IMG/VR virus record: IMGVR_UViG_3300020810_001175
Location: 20,280-84,279 of that record
Source: a virus
DNA length: 64,000 bases
Strand: one strand, 5' to 3'
Shown one piece after another: positions 57,525 through 64,000 of this stretch; the first letter of the stretch is position 1; every line of letters starts with the position of its first letter. The notes under the pieces are model-generated. The model was given only the letters and a program-made list of their open reading frames with translations, had not been told where the DNA came from and ran no database searches. A program made the position numbers and the translations under genes.

Positions 57525-57719
57525 ATGAATAGATTCAGTCATCTACTTAAAAAATACACAGAAAATAGTGTGCTAGCCAAAAAGGCAATGACGCTGTTTA
57601 GTGCTAGAAAAGAAGTAGATATCAATGCCAATGGCACACAAGGATACGTGGTAAAACACGGTCCTAATGCAGGCAAGGCATTGGCACACAGAGCAGTCAA
57701 ATCTACAAATAATTGGTAA
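57525..57719 (+). CDS. 64-aa basic protein downstream of the glutamine riboswitch
   Basis: SD AAGGAGG at 57513; MNRFSHLLKKY...KSTNNW. Confidence 0.75.
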   Translation: MNRFSHLLKKYTENSVLAKKAMTLFSARKEVDINANGTQGYVVKHGPNAGKALAHRAVKSTNNW

Positions 57720-57983
57720 TTATTTTTTAGTAAACAAAAAAGACCTGCTGGCGGAACTGTATCTAAAATTCAAGTTTCGCCAGTGCGGTTCACTCCAAAT
57801 TGTTTTTTCCCAATGTCTACAAGCCTGATGTGTCCAGCGTTCTAAAGCCACTTTGATTTGATATCTATTGTGAGGCTGTTTGAGTGCTTCATCCATGAAT
57901 CGCACCAACTCCACATCTGAAAAGACGTCTTCTCCTTCTAGGGTGTGTCGGATGGTTTTTTTAGTGTGTCGAGTGGATCGCAT
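57720..57983 (-). CDS. Hypothetical protein
   Basis: 87-aa ORF with an upstream TAAATA. Confidence 0.5.
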   Translation of the reverse strand: MRSTRHTKKTIRHTLEGEDVFSDVELVRFMDEALKQPHNRYQIKVALERWTHQACRHWEKTIWSEPHWRNLNFRYSSASRSFLFTKK

Positions 57984-58019
57984 ACTAAAAGTATATTTAT
58001 TCAGCCGATAAATATTGTT

Positions 58020-59327
58020 ATGCGTTACAGAGAATTCAAAAAAACAATAACAGAGGCCACTATTGCCTCATCTACACCTTCCAGTATACCTACATACATT
58101 GCAAATTTAAATCAGTTATTATCAACTAATCAACCCATTCTAGCAGGTAAACAGGGAGAAATTAATTTTGTTCCTGATCCGAATCAAAAAGTCAACAGTA
58201 TCGCAGATGTGATTAAGGGTAAGATTGACAATAAACCTGCTGAAATACAAGTGAGCAAAGTTTTCAAAAGTGCCGATGTAAAAGGCAAAGCGGGGAGATC
58301 ATTCAATTTAGGTAATGCAACCGAAGGAATGTTTGCCACTGCTATCTATACAAGATTGATCACAGACAAAGATATTTCAATACAGGGTTTAAAATCTAGT
58401 TTGGCTAAATTACCGCCACACAATAAAAACGGTGTAACTGTTGGGCCTGCTTCAGTAAAAGATAGAAAAGGTATTGTAGATAAAATTCAATTGTTTATTA
58501 AATTAGATGTCAGCAGTTATGAAGGTATTAAGGATCCTCAATCTTTACAAAATTTAATTCCTCATCTACAATCAATTGTAAATTATGTAAACAATGAAGA
58601 AATAAAAACACTGACCGCAGAATTTAAAAATAATGGCACAGTTGATTCTGTAAAAGTAATATCCGATGGAGTTACAGATGCTAAAAGTTCTAAAGTAGAT
58701 GTTGAAGTAGTTTATCTCAACGACAAAGGTGAAAGAAAAGTTGTTAGATATGAAAGATCAGTTAAAACCGGAGGAGTAAAACAGTTTGGTCAAGTCACAG
58801 CCGGAGGAGCCAAGCCTGAAGATGATACAGGCAAAGGTATAACACGAACAGAACGATATGATTTACAAGAACAGTTTTGGGACGATTTTGAAATTGATAT
58901 TTCCGCTTCGCAGGATGACTTTGAAGATTGGCCAGATTTTGTTGAAGCATATGATTTTACATACGCTGAAGCGGCTAAACAATTAAATGCTAAACTACAA
59001 GGTGATAAAAAAGAAAAACAAACTGTAAAAAATATTTTTGACGTGATTAAGAAACATGGGTTCGGAGATAGACCTAATGCTAAAACTGTAGACTTTGGAC
59101 CGAAAGGTTACAAAATTTTAGATTATAAAAAACTAGATGACTTCATTGAGAAAACAGATTTATCAGCAAAATTTATAAAAGAACAAAAGAGACCAGGAGT
59201 CGTAATACAAGATCAAAACGGAAAAGATTTTGTGATAATAAGATTGTACAAAGGTGAAACCAAAATGACCAACATGATAGAACGTGGTCCGGCAATGGAA
59301 CAAATAGTAAAAGTAAAAGAAGGTTAA
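58020..59327 (+). CDS. Hypothetical (probable internal head) protein
   Basis: GATAAATA 5 nt before ATG; MRYREFKKTITEA N-terminus. Confidence 0.6.
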   Translation: MRYREFKKTITEATIASSTPSSIPTYIANLNQLLSTNQPILAGKQGEINFVPDPNQKVNSIADVIKGKIDNKPAEIQVSKVFKSADVKGKAGRSFNLGNATEGMFATAIYTRLITDKDISIQGLKSSLAKLPPHNKNGVTVGPASVKDRKGIVDKIQLFIKLDVSSYEGIKDPQSLQNLIPHLQSIVNYVNNEEIKTLTAEFKNNGTVDSVKVISDGVTDAKSSKVDVEVVYLNDKGERKVVRYERSVKTGGVKQFGQVTAGGAKPEDDTGKGITRTERYDLQEQFWDDFEIDISASQDDFEDWPDFVEAYDFTYAEAAKQLNAKLQGDKKEKQTVKNIFDVIKKHGFGDRPNAKTVDFGPKGYKILDYKKLDDFIEKTDLSAKFIKEQKRPGVVIQDQNGKDFVIIRLYKGETKMTNMIERGPAMEQIVKVKEG

Positions 59328-59328
59328 T

Positions 59329-59688
59329 ATGAATCCAGTAGAATTGATAAAAAAGATATTACAGGCACTTGATCAACAAGAGCAAGAAAAAGATCTGCCC
59401 AATGCCAACAGAATGAAACAAATAGATGATGTGAATCAAAAGACCATCACACAGTATTCCAACTCTCCAGATGAAAGATATTCCACCGTGGACAAGGTCA
59501 CAACCAAAGCAGGAGGCGGTGCCAACTATCCAAAACATCCAGCAGACATCAGAGGTGAACATCCATCACAGTACCCTGAAACACGCAAAACTTTTAGAGA
59601 CTACTACGCTGATGTGGTGTCACAAAGACAAACATCACATGATGCAATGATAGATCAAATGAACACCATGAACAAGGAGACCGAATAA
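59329..59688 (+). CDS. Hypothetical protein
   Basis: YSNSPDERY...AGGG..PKHPADIR motif. Confidence 0.55.
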   Translation: MNPVELIKKILQALDQQEQEKDLPNANRMKQIDDVNQKTITQYSNSPDERYSTVDKVTTKAGGGANYPKHPADIRGEHPSQYPETRKTFRDYYADVVSQRQTSHDAMIDQMNTMNKETE

Positions 59689-60869
59689 TGGCAACTGTAA
59701 AATATAGAGGATTGAGTGGTACCAGAGTGGAATTGACTGTGAACACCACAGACACTCTAACCACAATAACCAATGCGGCAATTGCCGATGAAGGTTTGAA
59801 TGCCAACTACTATGCTGACTTCTTTTTGTTGAGAGACAACTCAGTATTGTTATCAAACAGCGGCGCACAAACTTATGCTCAATTGAATTTGACTGCTGAT
59901 GATGAATTGGTGGCTGTGTTGGATGACGATCCTGCCACGTACACCAAACAGGAACGTCAGGTTAGAAAATTAGAAATTGCCAGCATACAGCGTGAAGATG
60001 ATGGTTATGCCAATCATGTTTATGATTTGACCTCACTGCCAGATACCTACAACGGCAATGTACCAGGAGCAGATGACAATCCCAACACAGGCGGATTGTT
60101 GCCAAAACGTCCTTGGATAGAAGTGGGTGCTATTGCGGCGCCGACATCAATTGCAGAAGCAGTTGATGGTGGCTCACTGCCGGACCTACAGGTTTGGTAT
60201 GATGGCAGTGATCCTACAACTATTCAAAATGCTGGAGTTGATGAAGAAGATATAGAACAATGGAATGACAAATCTAATTTTGCTCACAACGCTAATCCTG
60301 TTGGAGGAGCATCTGCGAAACCGTTGTATGAAGCCAGCGATTTAAAAAATAACAATGAGTATGTTAAGTTCGACGGCAACGACATTCTCAGTGTTAATCC
60401 TTTTACACAACTCGACGAAGCAACTGGATGGAGTATGTTTATTGTTGCCAATGCTACAGACATCAGTGCCAACGGTGGATTGTGTGCTACAAACACAGGC
60501 GACTTGAAGATAAGAATTGACGCAGATGGTAGCACCAGTTTTAGAAGCACAAGCAACAACTATGCCTACTTTGGAACAGGCACTATTACAGATAACACTT
60601 GGCATATATGGAGTTTGATATATGATGGCACCGCATCAGGAAACGCAAGGCTGATTGGTAGGTTGGACAAGACCAGTGCTACACTTTACACAGGCACCCA
60701 ACCAGCACAATTAAGCACAGGAAGTGATATAATGTATCTTGGTAGCACCAACGAAGCAGGCTACGACCTAACAGGCTATATAGGTGAAGTTATTATGTTT
60801 AACAGAACACTTACAGCAACAGAATACGGCAACGTAGAAAACTATCTAAGCAACAAGTGGGGCTTGTAA
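59688..60869 (+). CDS. Putative virion protein: ubiquitin-like N-terminal domain plus LamG/ConA-like C-terminal domain
   Basis: N-terminal ~78 aa align with ubiquitin; C-terminal LQVWYDGSD...WNDKS...GYIGEVIMFNRTLT...ENYLSNKWG. Confidence 0.65.
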   Translation: MATVKYRGLSGTRVELTVNTTDTLTTITNAAIADEGLNANYYADFFLLRDNSVLLSNSGAQTYAQLNLTADDELVAVLDDDPATYTKQERQVRKLEIASIQREDDGYANHVYDLTSLPDTYNGNVPGADDNPNTGGLLPKRPWIEVGAIAAPTSIAEAVDGGSLPDLQVWYDGSDPTTIQNAGVDEEDIEQWNDKSNFAHNANPVGGASAKPLYEASDLKNNNEYVKFDGNDILSVNPFTQLDEATGWSMFIVANATDISANGGLCATNTGDLKIRIDADGSTSFRSTSNNYAYFGTGTITDNTWHIWSLIYDGTASGNARLIGRLDKTSATLYTGTQPAQLSTGSDIMYLGSTNEAGYDLTGYIGEVIMFNRTLTATEYGNVENYLSNKWGL

Positions 60870-60872
60870 TAA

Positions 60873-61631
60873 ATGGCTAACCGTAAGCACTACAATCTAA
60901 AACAAATGGTAGTCGCAGGCTACTCAGATGATCACACATTTAATCACAAGTTTGGTGCTGTTCCAAGTTTAAGCATCAACACCATGGGTACAATCTGGGA
61001 CATACCTGACACACTTTATCCTTGGACAGCATTGGACACTCCAGCGATAGTAAATGTGGAACGCAACGATGCTGATGACACAGGATTGATTGTTACCATA
61101 CAAGGATTGGACAGTGATTGGAACTTTCAAGAAGAACAAATCACAATCACAGGCGCGGATCAAGTGGGCACCAAACTGTGGCGTAGAGTCAACAGAGCAT
61201 TTGTTACTTCAGGCACAGCCGTAGTGAATGTGGGCGACATTGACATTGAAGCAGGAGCCGCCGGTGGAACCACAGTTGCTCGTATCACAGCCGACCTTGG
61301 ACAGACACTGATGGCTGTTTATACCATACCAGCAGGATACATTGGATACTTGTATCAAGGAACCATGACCGTACAGGCTAACGCAGATGCTACAGGCTTT
61401 ATGTTTATTCGCAGAAACACAGTAGGCACAACTTTCCGTGTTGGACATACTTTTGAAGTTGGTGGCGGATCACAATATGATTACGAGTTTGCCTTTCCAC
61501 CACCAATACCAGAGAAAAGCGATATTGATGTGAGAGCCGCAGTTAGAAGTAACAATGCTAGGGTCACAGCCGCTTTTGATATCTTGCTTGTTGAGAACGA
61601 TCCCGAAGCACCTATTACTGACCTACTATAA
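60873..61631 (+). CDS. Putative virion structural protein
   Basis: KFG..., GLDSDW, RVNRAFV, GQTLMAVYTIPAG, EKSDIDVR; beta-rich. Confidence 0.55.
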   Translation: MANRKHYNLKQMVVAGYSDDHTFNHKFGAVPSLSINTMGTIWDIPDTLYPWTALDTPAIVNVERNDADDTGLIVTIQGLDSDWNFQEEQITITGADQVGTKLWRRVNRAFVTSGTAVVNVGDIDIEAGAAGGTTVARITADLGQTLMAVYTIPAGYIGYLYQGTMTVQANADATGFMFIRRNTVGTTFRVGHTFEVGGGSQYDYEFAFPPPIPEKSDIDVRAAVRSNNARVTAAFDILLVENDPEAPITDLL

Positions 61632-61652
61632 AAGATTAACCCCTGCCTAATC

Positions 61653-62396
61653 ATGTTGACTCCGATTGAGATAAAATTTTCAGCACAGAGCATCCTCAAC
61701 ACCCTGAAACACTGTCAATTGGAACAGGATCAGTTTGATGACATGAACAAACTGGACATCATGGAACCCACAGGCAATTTCTTCTATGATCCTTGGCAGT
61801 TGAAAGAATCTTTTCGCACACCAGAGTTGATTGCACTGTTTGATCAGTTGCCACCAGTGGGGCAGACCAAGATAGTGAGCATACCACCCGGCACAGCCTA
61901 TCAGGCTCATGCTGACATTGAAGACAGATATCACATCACTCTGCAAGGCAAACACAGTTACCTTATAGACCTAGAACACAATGAGATGCATTCAACAGAT
62001 GTGAATGATCAGTGCTATCTCATGGACACCACCTGTGTACACACAGCGGCAAACTTTGGAGATTGTGACAGAATACAGTTGGTGATCAGACTGCTGTTGA
62101 ATCGCAACAGATTGAACACACCTGTGAGAATCAGCATTCAACCCAAACTGTTGGACCAACCTCACAATCAAAGACTGTGGATGGATCAACACATCCTCAC
62201 ATGGTTGAACCTGGCCAACAAACGTGGCATCATGGCTCATTACAATCCCATGGGAGAAGACACACATTGGTGTTTTGATCTGGAGCAGGAGTGCGTGACA
62301 GAATTTGAACAGAGGGTGCGTGAATTGCCTTTTGAATGTGTAGTGGCTTGCGACAGTGTTGCACAACTGCCGCAAACCTCAACTCGAGTTGCCTAA
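61653..62396 (+). CDS. Aspartyl/asparaginyl beta-hydroxylase-like (cupin) protein
   Basis: YQAHADIEDRYHI, HTAANFG..RIQLV. Confidence 0.6.
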   Translation: MLTPIEIKFSAQSILNTLKHCQLEQDQFDDMNKLDIMEPTGNFFYDPWQLKESFRTPELIALFDQLPPVGQTKIVSIPPGTAYQAHADIEDRYHITLQGKHSYLIDLEHNEMHSTDVNDQCYLMDTTCVHTAANFGDCDRIQLVIRLLLNRNRLNTPVRISIQPKLLDQPHNQRLWMDQHILTWLNLANKRGIMAHYNPMGEDTHWCFDLEQECVTEFEQRVRELPFECVVACDSVAQLPQTSTRVA

Positions 62397-62431
62397 GGAA
62401 GGCATTGACCGTGTCTGAAGTGGTCAATACT
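62345..62431 (-). ncRNA. Candidate small structured RNA
   Basis: Minus-strand TTGACA-17-TACAAT promoter (62466-62438) followed by three hairpins whose G-U pairs work only on the minus strand. Confidence 0.45.
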
Positions 62432-62505
62432 ATCCTTATTGTAGCAGATATTTTGGCAAATGTCAAGCCTTGACTTTGTGCATCAAATAAGGTATAACTA
62501 ATACT

Positions 62506-62682
62506 ATGCAAAAAATATACGAAGAAATAGTGAAAGACTTGTTGGCATACAGAGGAGCCATTCATCCGTTTGTGGCAAAGAACACCAAAAAAGGTGACTC
62601 TTGGCATGAACCATCAATGCAACATCTACAAAAACTGTTGAACAAGTATCACGATTTGGCAAAAAAAGCCACCCAAGACTAG
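62506..62682 (+). CDS. 58-aa hypothetical protein, not in the ORF track
   Basis: TTGACT-17-TATAAC promoter 7 nt upstream; MQKIYEEIVKDLLAY...KATQD. Confidence 0.55.
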   Translation: MQKIYEEIVKDLLAYRGAIHPFVAKNTKKGDSWHEPSMQHLQKLLNKYHDLAKKATQD

Positions 62683-62825
62683 TACACACACCAAAAAAAA
62701 TTTAATCAAAAAAAATTTAATTGGGTACTTAACACCACCATGGGCCTACTTTTGAGCTGGTCCATTTGGTGTGTTAGGTTGGTTTGGTGTGAACAACACC
62801 TGTGGATAAGTTAAATACACACAGT

Positions 62826-63449
62826 ATGATGAATCCCAACGATATACCAGGCTGGATCAATCAAAGACATCAGGAAAGACTGATGGAAACACTGATCAAC
62901 CACAAACCTCAACGCATACTGGAGATCGGTTGTGGCTATGGCAGAAGCACAGTGACCATACTGAATCATATGCCTGATACTGCTGTGTTGCACACTGTGG
63001 ACACATATCGACATCTGGATCCACGCAAGTTTGCCAAAAAACATTTCAAAGGCTACAAACGCAGAGGCTGGGCAATGCCACCCGTACTGACCGAAAACAT
63101 TCATTTGATGCAACAGTTGGGACAGAGAGGCTTTTGGGAACACATCACAGCACAGCACCCACGCCGACAGTCAGTCACAGCACACGAAATGACCAGTGTG
63201 CAGTACATTCAGCAGTATCAGGATCGAGCATACGACATGGTGTATTTGGATGGTGATCACTCATATGCGGCTGTGAAAGCAGAGATCACACACTATGAAC
63301 AGACACCCATACTGTGCGGAGATGACTATGGACCAGCACATCCAGGAGTGATACAGGCAGTGGATGAACTGCGACTGAAGTATCCTGATAGAGCATGGCA
63401 ACCATCAGAACAGCACGTCAAGAGTGGTTATTGGGTGGTGCGAATCTAA
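62826..63449 (+). CDS. Class I SAM methyltransferase (Methyltransf_24-like)
   Basis: LEIGCGYGRST, VDT, YLDGDHSY, CGDDY. Confidence 0.85.
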   Translation: MMNPNDIPGWINQRHQERLMETLINHKPQRILEIGCGYGRSTVTILNHMPDTAVLHTVDTYRHLDPRKFAKKHFKGYKRRGWAMPPVLTENIHLMQQLGQRGFWEHITAQHPRRQSVTAHEMTSVQYIQQYQDRAYDMVYLDGDHSYAAVKAEITHYEQTPILCGDDYGPAHPGVIQAVDELRLKYPDRAWQPSEQHVKSGYWVVRI

Positions 63450-63455
63450 CTGCAA

Positions 63456-63992
63456 TCAAGCAAAGTACACACGATGTAGATGATCAGCAAAGCGACTGTG
63501 ATGTTGCACTGAAGGGTGCATATCATTTTCTGCTGGCGGTATTGTGGGATCCAGGATCACTTCACAACTGTGATAATCCACTGGCACTGTGTACCAGTCC
63601 TTGGGATTGGGTATGCGATAGGGTGCTTTCAATGAACTGTCCAACTGATTGCGAGCTGATTCCAACTGTGTGTGCAAGGGTTCAGTCTCCACAGATAGAT
63701 GTATCACACGAGCACCTGTGCCACGCAGAAACCCATCAGTGATCTGTTGTAGCACCATGCTGTTGTAGTAACGGTTGTACACACCCATGGGATTTAGATA
63801 GGTGTCTTTGGTGCTCTTTTCTATGTACTGCTGTATGTAAGACTCTGTGCTGTCTGATGTGTTGTCTGAATGACTCAATCCAAAAAACTTGTTGAATCCC
63901 AATATCACTGTTTTCCAACCAAATGAGGGATCAACCACATTGCAGAAAGGCACAGTGGTACGAGCGGGCCATTGCAGTGATAATCTGCTCAT
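63456..63992 (-). CDS. Hypothetical protein
   Basis: 178-aa ORF with a C-terminal DMHPSVQHH (SGNH-like DxHP). The frame may begin beyond the window. Confidence 0.4.
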   Translation of the reverse strand: MSRLSLQWPARTTVPFCNVVDPSFGWKTVILGFNKFFGLSHSDNTSDSTESYIQQYIEKSTKDTYLNPMGVYNRYYNSMVLQQITDGFLRGTGARVIHLSVETEPLHTQLESARNQLDSSLKAPYRIPNPKDWYTVPVDYHSCEVILDPTIPPAENDMHPSVQHHSRFADHLHRVYFA

Positions 63993-64000
63993 GTAGGTCC

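Noticed and set aside
451-63918. Numerous 60-190 aa antisense or alternate-frame ORFs in the track (e.g. 4275..4688, 14674..15234, 20662..21021, 61992..62375)
   Set aside because: Shadows of well-supported genes, with no motifs or translation signals.
1-64000. Stop-codon reassignment, introns or inteins in terL, uvsX and the helicases
   Set aside because: Core genes are full length in the standard code, all three stop codons are used, and no insertions are evident.

Overview
This 64 kb window comes from an AT-rich, T4-related large (jumbo-type) myovirus. A marine or aquatic origin is probable but inferred. No rRNA, tRNA, CRISPR array, transposase or integrase was seen. Core modules: neck/tail morphogenesis (gp15, gp14, gp13, 1076-aa sheath, tube, gp48/54-like, gp4), terminase, and replication/recombination (gp32 SSB, UvsX, UvsY, UvsW, primase, gp41 helicase, dNMP kinase), plus a 188-aa miniature DnaE/Pol III-alpha core. 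Accessory content: ADP-heptose genes (hldE, hldD), a ~12.5 kb glycosyltransferase/methyltransferase/radical-SAM island, a half-length carbamoyltransferase, a C-N hydrolase, hemC, several 2OG-Fe(II) oxygenases, and an aminotransferase + 2OG oxygenase + amidinotransferase operon. Non-coding signals read directly from the sequence: a glnA-type glutamine riboswitch before a 64-aa ORF; many TAAATA late and sigma70-type promoters 4-8 nt from the ATG (leaderless mRNAs); a promoter-driven multi-hairpin candidate sRNA near 62.4 kb; tandem GCGAAGC mini-hairpins at 49.75 kb; and apparent avoidance of GCWGC. One predicted virion protein begins with a ubiquitin-like domain. All product calls come from motif recognition by eye, with no database search.
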